A stretch of 13,169 nucleotides of DNA. Origin: Bdellovibrionota bacterium (lineage in GTDB: Bacteria > Bdellovibrionota_C > UBA2361 > OMII01). How positions within the stretch are numbered: position 1 is the first letter of the stretch; every line of letters starts with the position of its first letter. This document shows, piece by piece, positions 1-8,610 of this stretch. The stretch is from the NCBI GenBank assembly GCA_044356215.1, contig JBIKWQ010000079.1, positions 1 to 13,169 of the forward strand, written 5' to 3'. The translations under genes and the position numbers were made by a program. The notes beneath the pieces are model-generated. The model did not search any database and was not told where the DNA came from. It saw nothing but the letters and a program-made list of their open reading frames with translations.

Positions 1-16
1 GTATCACAGGGGATAC

Positions 17-52
17 ACCTCCGGCCTTCGCTAAAGCTACGGCCGGCGAGGT
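17..52 (+). repeat. REP-like hairpin, copy A (core CCTTCGCTAAAGCTACGG at 25-42)
   Basis: ACCT-CCGGCC (17-26) pairs with GGCCGG-cg-AGGT (41-52) around TTCGCTAAAGCTAC. The core recurs inverted at 67-83 and at 13107-13124. Confidence 0.75.
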
Positions 53-60
53 TTTGTCGG

Positions 61-88
61 ACCAGACGTAGCCTTGGCGAAGGCTGGT
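61..88 (-). repeat. REP-like hairpin, copy B (inverted relative to copy A)
   Basis: The reverse complement of 67-83 is CCTTCGCCAAGGCTACG, 15/17 identical to 25-41. It is flanked by its own stem, ACCAG (61-65)/CTGGT (84-88). Confidence 0.75.
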
Positions 89-150
89 GCGGTTTTTTCC
101 CATCTCGAAAATCGAATATCAACTCAACCTCCACTTTCTCGCTACGGGTA

Positions 151-187
151 GGTTTTGCCGGCCTTCCCTAGGAAAGCCGGCAAAACC
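151..187. other. Strong intergenic hairpin (possible terminator or regulatory stem-loop)
   Basis: Perfect 12-bp stem GGTTTTGCCGGC (151-162)/GCCGGCAAAACC (176-187), with an inner TTCC/GGAA pair and a CTA loop. No flanking U-tract. Confidence 0.6.
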
Positions 188-236
188 CATCCCTGCTGCC
201 AAATGAGGTATGGCGCTAAAAAAAGCGGTCTTGTAG

Positions 237-644
237 ATGTCACTTATGGCGCCAAAAGCGAAACATAGTAGCGTATCTGTAGAGAGGGGTGGAGCCGTTT
301 TGCGAACGGCCATCTGGTCAGGGCTGATAGTCTTAGCATTCCTGATCGCAGGCGCTGGCTTTGGCATGGCTTTTCAGTTCTATGATATTCGAAACAACCT
401 AGTTTTCTCTCTGAAAGGCGCGGAACTTGAGTCGGATCAGGAGATACGCAAAAAGATCTATGCCTATGCGATAAGGGCTGGAATTAAGTGCGAGGAAAGA
501 GATATTCTTATAGAGCGGTCGGCTAAGAGAGTCAGAGCCGAGCTTCCCTTTGAGTATAGAGTGGGATTGCCTCTCGGAGTCCAGCAGGGCGCTTCTATTC
601 CGGTGAAGATGCGAGCTTCGGGCGAGCGTGATTTTTCTTTTTAG
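237..644 (+). CDS. Small single-pass membrane protein, DUF4845-like (pilin-like N-terminus)
   Basis: The ERG motif is followed by a hydrophobic helix (AVLRTAIWSGLIVLAFLIAGAGFGMAF), then SDQEIRKKI...DILIER...FEYRVGLP, which resembles DUF4845 by recall. The start could be 237 or 246. Confidence 0.55.
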   Translation: MSLMAPKAKHSSVSVERGGAVLRTAIWSGLIVLAFLIAGAGFGMAFQFYDIRNNLVFSLKGAELESDQEIRKKIYAYAIRAGIKCEERDILIERSAKRVRAELPFEYRVGLPLGVQQGASIPVKMRASGERDFSF

Positions 645-668
645 GGTGATTTGGTCGCGGGGGTATTC

Positions 669-1238
669 ATGAACGCAAAAGTTAAACCAGTGCCACGTGA
701 GTGGCAGCAGGTAATGGATGAGGATACGATCGCTAGAGCTGTCTCGCGGATGAGCTTTGAGATAGTTGAGAAGGATCGCGACCTAAGCAACTTAGCTGTT
801 GTGGGTATTCGGACAGGGGGGGAGCATCTCGGGAAGAGACTTCACCAGGAGATCCAGAGGATAGAAGGTGTAGAAATATCTTATGGGGTGATAGATATTA
901 CACTTTACCGCGATGACCTTTTAAGCGCGCAATCCCAACCGACTCTTAGGGGAACCGATCTTCCGTTCCGCATCGCCGGGTCGCGAATTATTCTGGTCGA
1001 TGACGTGTTATTTACCGGTCGTACGATTCGCTCGGCTTTGGACGCTATTATCGATTTCGGCAGGCCAAAAACGGTTGAGCTCGCTGTGCTGGTGGATCGC
1101 GGCCACCGAGAGTTACCAATCCAGGCGGATTATGTCGGAAAGAGGATCTCGTGTGATCGTTCGCAGCTGGTCAGGGTTAGGTTAAGTGAGATGGGCTATA
1201 AAGATGGAGCTTATCTTATTAATCGAGAAGAACGTTAG
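669..1238 (+). CDS. pyrR: PyrR: pyrimidine regulatory protein / uracil phosphoribosyltransferase
   Basis: Motifs VGIRTGG, IDITLYRDDL, the PRPP-binding loop IILVDDVLFTGRT and LVDRGHRELPI. ATG 669 with a G-rich SD upstream is preferred over TTG 651. It lies directly upstream of pyrB. Confidence 0.95.
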   Translation: MNAKVKPVPREWQQVMDEDTIARAVSRMSFEIVEKDRDLSNLAVVGIRTGGEHLGKRLHQEIQRIEGVEISYGVIDITLYRDDLLSAQSQPTLRGTDLPFRIAGSRIILVDDVLFTGRTIRSALDAIIDFGRPKTVELAVLVDRGHRELPIQADYVGKRISCDRSQLVRVRLSEMGYKDGAYLINREER

Positions 1239-1286
1239 AATCGCTATTATTTTTGCCTCGCCGCTCTTGTAAATGAACCCCAAGTG

Positions 1287-2267
1287 ATGTTTACTGATCA
1301 CTCGATGGTCGACCACTTGCTGGGAATACATGGGCTTTCGAAAACGGATTTGTATCGGTACCTCGACGCGGCACACTCATTTGTAGAGGTGTCTGAGCGC
1401 GATATCAAGAAGGTCCCGACGCTCCGAGGAAAAACTATCATTCATGTTTTCTTCGAGCCAAGCACCCGCACACTTTCTAGCTTTGATATCGCTGGAAAAC
1501 GGCTCTCCGCTGACACCATAAACATAAGCGCTAGCTCTAGCTCAGTGAAGAAGGGGGAGACCCTGCTAGATACCGTGAGGACCTTAGAGTCCATGAATCC
1601 TGATGTCATCGTGATGCGTCACTCTGAGAGTGGCGCCGCGCAGTTCGCGGCTAAACACTTAAGTAGGGCAGCGGTGGTTAACGCTGGTGATGGAGCTCAC
1701 GAACATCCGACACAGGCGCTGCTCGATCTTCTAACTTTAAGGCAGCACTTTGCCGTCCAGAAACGCGGAATAGAAGGGCTAAGGATCGGCTTCGTAGGCG
1801 ATGTCAGGCACTCCAGAGTGGCTCGGAGTAATGTCTGGGCGCACTTGGCTCTCGGTAACGAGGTAAGGTTAATTGGTCCAGCAACTCTTGTGCCGAATGA
1901 TTTCGCGCGAGCGTTCAATAGCGATCGTGTTTCAGTAGTGCACGATCTCTCCGAAGGTCTAAAAGATCTCGATGTCGTAGTTTGTCTTAGAATGCAGCTA
2001 GAGCGCCAAGACCAGAACTTCGTGCCGAATCTAGATGAATATAGCAAAGAGTATTGTGTCTCCGAGAGATTGTTGAGGAAGTACGCCCCTGACAGCGTTG
2101 TACTACATCCTGGTCCTATAAATCGTGGAACTGAGATATCGGGTGAGGTGGCTGATGGTCCGCGGTCATTAATACGTCGTCAGGTAAATAACGGCGTAGC
2201 GGTAAGAATGGCTGTTCTCTATCTCTTGGCACGCACAACTGAAAGTCGTGAGGATATTTCCGTATGA
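1287..2267 (+). CDS. pyrB: Aspartate carbamoyltransferase, catalytic subunit
   Basis: Motifs FFEPSTRT, SSVKKGE, VMRH, NAGDGAHEHPTQALLD, HSRV, RMQLER and HPGP. The start is uncertain (1284, 1287 or 1305). Confidence 0.97.
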   Translation: MFTDHSMVDHLLGIHGLSKTDLYRYLDAAHSFVEVSERDIKKVPTLRGKTIIHVFFEPSTRTLSSFDIAGKRLSADTINISASSSSVKKGETLLDTVRTLESMNPDVIVMRHSESGAAQFAAKHLSRAAVVNAGDGAHEHPTQALLDLLTLRQHFAVQKRGIEGLRIGFVGDVRHSRVARSNVWAHLALGNEVRLIGPATLVPNDFARAFNSDRVSVVHDLSEGLKDLDVVVCLRMQLERQDQNFVPNLDEYSKEYCVSERLLRKYAPDSVVLHPGPINRGTEISGEVADGPRSLIRRQVNNGVAVRMAVLYLLARTTESREDISV

Positions 2268-3604
2268 GTCCAGTTATTGAGCAAATCAACCCAAGTCAGC
2301 CAGTGGTGATTGAGCGTGGGCATCTGATTGATGCCGCGTCAGGGCGAGACGGCGCGTTCGATCTTTTGATCCGAGATGGAGTTGTGGCTGCCGTGGAGAA
2401 GCCCGGTTCTTTTAATGCCACTGGCGATGTAAGAAGAGTCGACGCGGCGGGGAAGTGGGTTATTCCTGGTTGCGTTGATCTGCATGTGCATCTGCGAGAG
2501 CCCGGAGAGGAATGGAAAGAGACCGTTCAAACCGGAGCCGAGGCGGCCGTTCTTGGTGGCTATACGTCAATCTGTTGCATGCCAAATACGCGGCCTGCTA
2601 ACGACTCAGCGGAGACGACGCGTTACATCCTAGAGAAGGCGAAAGAAGCGCAGGCAGCTCGCGTGTTGCCGATCGGAGCCATTTCTATGGAGAGAAAGGG
2701 GCATCAGCTGGCCCCGTATTCAGAGTTAGCTAAAGCAGGTTGCGTGGCTTTTTCAGATGATGGCGACCCGGTAGCTGATGCGGGTTTAATGCGCAGAGCG
2801 CTCGAGTGGTGCCTGATGCTTGGATTGCCGCTCGCGTGCCACGAGGAGGATCGTAGCCTCAGTTGTGGTGGTTGCATGAATGAGTCTCCACTGTCTTTGA
2901 AGATGGGGTTAAGGGGATTTCCTGGTGTGGCTGAGGATGTGATGATCGCGCGCGATATAGAGCTGGCGCGATTCACCAAGGGTAAGGTTCATATCTGCCA
3001 CGTTTCAACGGCGAGGGGCGTCGAGTTAATAAGACGCGCTAAGAACGACGGAATATCTATTACCTGCGAGGTCGCTCCGCATCACTTAGTGCTAAGTGAA
3101 GAGACAGTTTCGGGATACGACACTAACTTTAAGATGATGCCACCTTTAAAGGATGATGAGGATATCAAGGGCTTACTAGCGGGCCTAGCTGATGGAACTA
3201 TTGATGCTATAGCGAGCGATCACGCTCCGCACGATCGAGATAGTAAACTAGTTGAGTTCTCAAGAGCGACGGTGGGAATTTTAGGATTGCAAACTAGTTT
3301 GCCTCTATTAGTCGAGATGTGTCAGTCGGGCCTAATATCGAGGACTAGGATGGTAGATCTCCTGTGCTCTGGGCCAGCGCGGTCTTTTGGTTTGCCTTAC
3401 GGCTCCCTTCGAGTGGGCTCTTCCGCGGATGTTGTGGTTCTGGATCCATCGCGTGAGTGGTTCTTCTCGGAGGACGCGGTGAGATCTAAATCGAAAAATA
3501 CTCCATTTTTAGGGAGAAAGTTACAGGGTGCCACTGAACACGTCTTTGTGGATGGAAGGCAAGTGGTTGTAGGTGGAGGATTGCTCGCGGACTTAAAGCG
3601 ATAG
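2264..3604 (+). CDS. pyrC: Dihydroorotase, long type I, metal ligands intact
   Basis: Motifs DLHVHLREPG, MPNT, FSDDG, HICHVS, EVAPHH and IASDHAPH. The ATGA overlap with the pyrB stop suggests translational coupling. Confidence 0.96.
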   Translation: MSPVIEQINPSQPVVIERGHLIDAASGRDGAFDLLIRDGVVAAVEKPGSFNATGDVRRVDAAGKWVIPGCVDLHVHLREPGEEWKETVQTGAEAAVLGGYTSICCMPNTRPANDSAETTRYILEKAKEAQAARVLPIGAISMERKGHQLAPYSELAKAGCVAFSDDGDPVADAGLMRRALEWCLMLGLPLACHEEDRSLSCGGCMNESPLSLKMGLRGFPGVAEDVMIARDIELARFTKGKVHICHVSTARGVELIRRAKNDGISITCEVAPHHLVLSEETVSGYDTNFKMMPPLKDDEDIKGLLAGLADGTIDAIASDHAPHDRDSKLVEFSRATVGILGLQTSLPLLVEMCQSGLISRTRMVDLLCSGPARSFGLPYGSLRVGSSADVVVLDPSREWFFSEDAVRSKSKNTPFLGRKLQGATEHVFVDGRQVVVGGGLLADLKR

Positions 3605-3638
3605 CTTTAGATCGGGACATCTTTAGTAGAGAGTTATC

Positions 3639-4829
3639 ATGGCAACAAGAAAGAAAAACGTGGTGGCACGACAAGCGATAGGAGAGGTTGGTTACCTCGC
3701 TCTCGCGAATGGAACTGTTTTCAAGGGAAAGAGCTTCGGGGCTTTACGTGGCGAGGATAATCCGATTCGCGGAGAGCTAGTGTTTAATACGTCAATGTAC
3801 GGTTATCAGGAGATCCTCACTGATCCCAGTTATGCCGGACAGATTATGACCTTCACATATCCGCATATCGGTAATGTCGGTTGTAATGATGACGATGTCG
3901 AGTCAGGTAGGATTTATACTGAGGGGCTAATCGTGAGATCGGCCCATAAGTCTCCATCTAATTTTAGATCTACGCAGTCGCTTCCGGATTACTTATTGAA
4001 GAGTAACGTGATGGGGTTAGAGGGGATCGACACCAGAGACCTCGTGATCGCCTTAAGGACACACGGAGCGCAGATGGCGGTGATGGCGAGCGGAGAAGGA
4101 GTTAATCCCGACACTCTCGTTGATATGGCTAAGGCTGCCGGCTCGATGGAGGGAAAAGATTATGTAAAACAGGTGGCCTGCGATGAGATGTACACCTGGG
4201 ATTACATGTCGTGGAGCCTTGAGCACGGTAATCGTAGGCGTTTAACCCAGGAACAACTCGTTTCTCGGCCCCACGCGGTGGCGGTCGACTGTGGGGTCAA
4301 GACAAATATCCTTAGGCTACTAGTAGATGTTGGGTTTCGGGTCACGGTAGTGCCAGCGGGAACTAGCGCAGAGCAGATTATGGCTCTTAGACCGGACGGC
4401 GTTTTCCTTTCAAACGGTCCTGGAGATCCAGCGACCCTCGGCTATGTGGTGAACCCGGTGCGCGATATCCTTGGGAAGGTACCTATTTTTGGGATCTGTC
4501 TGGGACATCAGATCCTCGGTCAGGCTCTCGGCGGAAAGACCTACAAGTTAAAGTTTGGTCACCGCGGGGGTAACCATCCGGTTAGAGATGAAACTACTGG
4601 AAAAGTTGAGATTACCGTTCAGAATCACGGATTCGCTGTTGATAAACAATCAGTAGAGAAGCACGCCTTCGTGTCACACTTAAATCTGAATGACATGACA
4701 GTTGAAGGTCTTGAGTCGAAAGAGCTTAAGGCGTTCTCGGTTCAGTACCATCCAGAGGCGTCACCTGGGCCACACGACTCTAGATATTTGTTTGAGAGAT
4801 TTTATCGGTTAGTAACTGGATCTGTTTAA
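3639..4829 (+). CDS. carA: Carbamoyl-phosphate synthase small subunit
   Basis: Motifs GELVFNT, GYQEILTDPSY, LSNGPGDP, the catalytic GICLGHQ, QNHGFAV and QYHPE. Confidence 0.98.
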   Translation: MATRKKNVVARQAIGEVGYLALANGTVFKGKSFGALRGEDNPIRGELVFNTSMYGYQEILTDPSYAGQIMTFTYPHIGNVGCNDDDVESGRIYTEGLIVRSAHKSPSNFRSTQSLPDYLLKSNVMGLEGIDTRDLVIALRTHGAQMAVMASGEGVNPDTLVDMAKAAGSMEGKDYVKQVACDEMYTWDYMSWSLEHGNRRRLTQEQLVSRPHAVAVDCGVKTNILRLLVDVGFRVTVVPAGTSAEQIMALRPDGVFLSNGPGDPATLGYVVNPVRDILGKVPIFGICLGHQILGQALGGKTYKLKFGHRGGNHPVRDETTGKVEITVQNHGFAVDKQSVEKHAFVSHLNLNDMTVEGLESKELKAFSVQYHPEASPGPHDSRYLFERFYRLVTGSV

Positions 4830-4873
4830 CCGGGCTTTGTAATTCACGAGGCTAGAGGGGAGCGCTAGGAAGT

Positions 4874-7800
4874 ATGCCAAAGAGGAATGATATTAAGTCG
4901 ATATTGCTGATAGGCTCAGGGCCTATCGTAATCGGTCAGGCGTGTGAGTTTGATTACTCAGGTACGCAGGCGATTAAAGCCCTCAAGCAGGAGGGTTATA
5001 AGGTCATTTTGGTCAATTCAAACCCAGCGACGATCATGACCGATCCTGAGTTCGCTGATCGGACCTACATAGAGCCGATCACCGCCGATTTTGTTGAGGA
5101 GATTATCAGGACAGAACGCCCAGATGCTGTGTTGCCGACGATGGGCGGGCAGACTGCCTTAAATACGGCGCTAGAGCTAGCGGAGCGAGGGGTATTTGAG
5201 AAGTACGGCTGTAAGTTAATCGGAGCTAACGTAGAGGCGATCAAAACAGCGGAGGATCGTGAGCTCTTCCGCCAGGCGATGGATGAGATAGGCCTTGAAT
5301 CCGCAAAGTCTCAGATCGTCACCTCCATTAAGGACGCAGAGGAGGCCGCCAAGAAGTTGGGCTATCCAATGATCCTCCGTCCGTCTCGCACTTTGGGAGG
5401 AACCGGAGGAGGAATCGTGCATGCTCCCGAGGAGTTGCACCGTAAAGTTTCTATAGCTCTCGCGGCTAGCCCGAATCGTGAGGTCCTGATTGAGGAGTCC
5501 CTCCTTGGATGGAAAGAGATTGAGCTAGAGGTAATGCGTGATACAAAGGACAACGTAGTAATAATCTGCGGTATCGAAAATTTCGATCCGATGGGTGTCC
5601 ACACGGGCGATTCGATCACAGTAGCGCCGATTCAGACTTTAACCGACAAGGAGTATCAACTTCTCCGTGACGCGGCGATCCGAGTTATTCGGCGCATCGG
5701 TGTTGATACCGGCGGATCTAATGTTCAGTTCGCGATTAACCCGGAAAACGGGAGGATTATCGTGATCGAGATGAACCCACGTGTGTCTCGAAGCTCAGCT
5801 TTGGCCTCTAAAGCGACCGGTTTCCCAATAGCCAAGATCGCCGCTAAGCTCGCGGTAGGTTACACATTAGACGAGATCCGAAACGATATTACAAAAGAGA
5901 CTCCAGCGTGCTTTGAGCCATCAATCGATTATGTGGTGGTCAAGATCCCACGCTTTAACTTCGAGAAATTTCCTCTAGCGGATCAAACCCTCGGTACTCA
6001 GATGAAATCTGTAGGTGAGGTACTATCGTTCGGAAGAACATTTAAAGAGGCGCTTCAGAAGGCCATGGCCTCGATGGAGTTGGGTTCTTTCGGATTCGAC
6101 GGTGAAAAATACGCAAAGGATCTGGGCAAGAATGAGCTTCGAGACGCGTGCGGCAAACCAACAGCACATAGGTTGTGGCTCGTTGGTGAGGCGTTGAGGC
6201 GTGGATTCTCGGTGAGAGATCTTTATAAGACAAGCCGTATCGATCCATGGTTCTTAGAGCAGATAGATGAGATCATACGCGATGAGGAGGATCTAAAGGA
6301 AAGTAAGCTAGAGGATCTAAGTGAGGACCGCTTGCGTGATCTAAAGCAGCAAGGATTCACGGATCGTCGGTTAGCCGCTTTGTTAAATTCCTCTGAGGCT
6401 GAGGTTCGTCAACGTCGATCAAAACTGGGGGTAAAGCCAAGCTTTAAATCAGTAGATACATGCGCCGCGGAGTTCGCCGCTTATACCCCTTATCTTTATT
6501 CTACATACGATGGCAGCTCGGAGGCGGCGCCAACCAATAGGAGAAAGATAGTTATATTAGGGGCTGGCCCAAATCGAATCGGACAGGGAATCGAGTTCGA
6601 TTACTGCTGTGTGCACGCCTCAATGGCGCTACGTGCCGACGGCTTTGAGACGATCATGATTAATTGTAATCCTGAGACGGTCTCGACGGATTACGATACT
6701 AGCGATCGGCTTTATTTCGAGCCGCTCACAGTTGAGTCAGTTTTATCGATAGTTGAGCGAGAGAAGCCTGAAGGTGTTATCGTTCAGTTCGGTGGTCAAA
6801 CACCTCTCAGAATATCAGGCGAGTTGGCGGCGCTCGGTGTTCCGATTATTGGAACATCGGTAGATTCGATAGACATCGCGGAAGATCGCGAGAGATTTTC
6901 CGAGTTAATAACGAACCTAAAGCTAAAGCAGCCACCCTTCGCCACAGCGAGATCAACAGATGAGGCCGTTGCCGCGTCTAAGAGAATCGGCTTTCCGCTG
7001 ATGATCCGACCGTCTTTCGTGCTCGGTGGTAGAGCGATGCGCGTACTTTATTCAGAAGATGAAGTTCGCACGTATATGCGCGAGGGAGTTGAGGTGTCTC
7101 ACGATCGCCCAGTCTTGCTAGATCGATTTCTCGATGGAGCCATAGAGGTAGACGTAGACACGGTTAGTGACGGAAAGAAGGTGATCATCGCGGGAGTGAT
7201 GGAGCACATTGAGCCCGCTGGAATTCATTCCGGTGATAGCTCGTGTTGTTTGCCACCGCAAACTCTTTCGGCGCCGATTATCGAGGAGATGAAACGCCAG
7301 GCAGCTATTTTAGCACGAGAGCTCAACGTTGTTGGTTTGATGAATATTCAGTTCGCTATCCCTAAGTCGGGCGAAGTGTTTATTCTCGAGGTCAATCCAC
7401 GCGCTTCACGCACCGTTCCATTTGTTAGTAAAGCTACAGGGGTGCCATGGGCTAAGATAGCGAGTCGTGTTATGGCCGGTGCCACCCTCGATCAGATAGG
7501 GGCAAAGGAGGTCGTTCCTGAAGGGTACGTCTCAGTTAAGGCTTGCGTCTTCCCTTTCTCAAAGTTTCCAGGCGTCGATACGATCTTGGGGCCTGAGATG
7601 AAATCAACGGGCGAGGTTATGGGAATCCATAAGAGCTTCGCCGGGGCTTTTGCCAAGAGCCAGTTCGCGTCAAGTATTTCGCTTCCTAACAAGGGAAAGG
7701 TTTTCTTGAGTATTAAAGACGGTGATAAAGAGCAGCTTCCTGAGGTGGCAAAGAGGCTGGAGAGGCTTGGTTTTAACCTAGTCGCGACAGAGGGTACGGC

Positions 7801-8089
7801 CAATTTCCTAAGGGGGCTTGGTCTGCGCGTAGACAAGGTGAACAAGGTTCGTGATGGCTCTCCTCATATCGTAGATGCCCTTGGAGCCGGAGAGATTGAG
7901 CTGGTTATCAATACACCTGAAGGTTGGCAGCCGGTTATGGACTCGAAATCGATTCGCCTGGTAGCTAATGAGCTAAGAGTACCAACTTATACGACGATGG
8001 CGGCTGCTCGCGCTACAGCCGAGGCCTTGGAATTGGTGCAGAATGGGCAGTATCTATCGGTGAGAGCGTTGCAGGATTACCTGAGCTAG
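4874..8089 (+). CDS. carB: Carbamoyl-phosphate synthase large subunit
   Basis: Starts MPKRNDI...[17 protein letters not shown]. It has two ATP-grasp repeats ([19 protein letters not shown]) and a C-terminal MGS-like domain; 1071 aa. Confidence 0.99.
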   Translation: MPKRNDIKSILLIGSGPIVIGQACEFDYSGTQAIKALKQEGYKVILVNSNPATIMTDPEFADRTYIEPITADFVEEIIRTERPDAVLPTMGGQTALNTALELAERGVFEKYGCKLIGANVEAIKTAEDRELFRQAMDEIGLESAKSQIVTSIKDAEEAAKKLGYPMILRPSRTLGGTGGGIVHAPEELHRKVSIALAASPNREVLIEESLLGWKEIELEVMRDTKDNVVIICGIENFDPMGVHTGDSITVAPIQTLTDKEYQLLRDAAIRVIRRIGVDTGGSNVQFAINPENGRIIVIEMNPRVSRSSALASKATGFPIAKIAAKLAVGYTLDEIRNDITKETPACFEPSIDYVVVKIPRFNFEKFPLADQTLGTQMKSVGEVLSFGRTFKEALQKAMASMELGSFGFDGEKYAKDLGKNELRDACGKPTAHRLWLVGEALRRGFSVRDLYKTSRIDPWFLEQIDEIIRDEEDLKESKLEDLSEDRLRDLKQQGFTDRRLAALLNSSEAEVRQRRSKLGVKPSFKSVDTCAAEFAAYTPYLYSTYDGSSEAAPTNRRKIVILGAGPNRIGQGIEFDYCCVHASMALRADGFETIMINCNPETVSTDYDTSDRLYFEPLTVESVLSIVEREKPEGVIVQFGGQTPLRISGELAALGVPIIGTSVDSIDIAEDRERFSELITNLKLKQPPFATARSTDEAVAASKRIGFPLMIRPSFVLGGRAMRVLYSEDEVRTYMREGVEVSHDRPVLLDRFLDGAIEVDVDTVSDGKKVIIAGVMEHIEPAGIHSGDSSCCLPPQTLSAPIIEEMKRQAAILARELNVVGLMNIQFAIPKSGEVFILEVNPRASRTVPFVSKATGVPWAKIASRVMAGATLDQIGAKEVVPEGYVSVKACVFPFSKFPGVDTILGPEMKSTGEVMGIHKSFAGAFAKSQFASSISLPNKGKVFLSIKDGDKEQLPEVAKRLERLGFNLVATEGTANFLRGLGLRVDKVNKVRDGSPHIVDALGAGEIELVINTPEGWQPVMDSKSIRLVANELRVPTYTTMAAARATAEALELVQNGQYLSVRALQDYLS

Positions 8090-8126
8090 GTCTCAGATAT
8101 GAGAGCTCTTGTAACAGGTCTATGCT

Positions 8127-8558
8127 ATGTCTGAGATGTCGCTGGAGGAGTCGCAGCTGTTTAGGATTTTAGGGGGCTTTTTCGGGAGAGATCGAGTCAT
8201 TTGGAATATGAGCGTTCGGGCGGTGTGCGGAGGTAGTTTTCCCGCAGGGATTTACTCGGATTCTGAGCGCGCACAGGCTCAGTTATCGGCGTGTCTGTTC
8301 ACTATCGTGGACGACGATGATACGCCCAAGATGGTTGTTGAGTTCGCGGCGGACTTTGGGGGTGCCATTGATCTTGCTATACTGGAACGGCAGTCTAGAC
8401 TTCCTCAGCTGCTCGAGTCCGCTGGTATCCGGTACATAGCCATATCCGCAATGGAGTTTGATGAATTGGTCGCTCCAGGAGGGAATTCTGCGGCTCTATT
8501 GAAGCTATTAGAGGACCGTCTGGGGTTGTCTCAGGATGAAGACGGAGCCAGCGACTAA
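8127..8558 (+). CDS. Hypothetical protein, DUF2726-like (PD-(D/E)XK-like fold), apparently degenerate
   Basis: The pattern SLEESQLFRIL...VIWNMSV...CLFTIVD...PKMVVEF...LLESAGIRYI mirrors the DUF2726 layout by recall. It is co-oriented and starts 37 bp after carB. Confidence 0.55.
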   Translation: MSEMSLEESQLFRILGGFFGRDRVIWNMSVRAVCGGSFPAGIYSDSERAQAQLSACLFTIVDDDDTPKMVVEFAADFGGAIDLAILERQSRLPQLLESAGIRYIAISAMEFDELVAPGGNSAALLKLLEDRLGLSQDEDGASD

Positions 8559-8610
8559 ATTTCTCTGTCGGTAATAGCGGTGGAAGTGTTTTTAGTTAGG
8601 AATTGAGTAA

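Noticed and set aside
139..147. TCGCTACGG shared with 13140-13148, suggesting terminal repeats around the whole window
   Set aside because: The match is only 9 bp, it does not extend, and the cargo is housekeeping genes with no integrase or transposase.
211..226. Possible sigma-54 promoter TGGCGC...GC
   Set aside because: The GG-to-GC spacing is one base too long and the TT before GC is missing.
119..367. 82-aa minus-strand ORF
   Set aside because: It overlaps the DUF4845-like gene antisense and runs through the hairpin, with no recognisable motif.
578..643. AGTCCAGCAGGGC resembling the PyrR binding loop, with a T-rich tract at about 632-642
   Set aside because: It has three mismatches to ARUCCNGNGAGGYU including the GAG, no adjacent CUUUAA-type segment, and no solid terminator stem. 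It also lies within a CDS.
2264..3604. Inactive PyrC' (structural partner of PyrB, as in Pseudomonas)
   Set aside because: The HxH motif, the downstream His residues and the catalytic Asp in SDHAPH are all retained, so it looks active.
1000..7845. Short alternative-frame and antisense ORFs inside pyrR, pyrB, pyrC, carA and carB
   Set aside because: They are shadows of well-conserved genes, with no motifs or independent signals.
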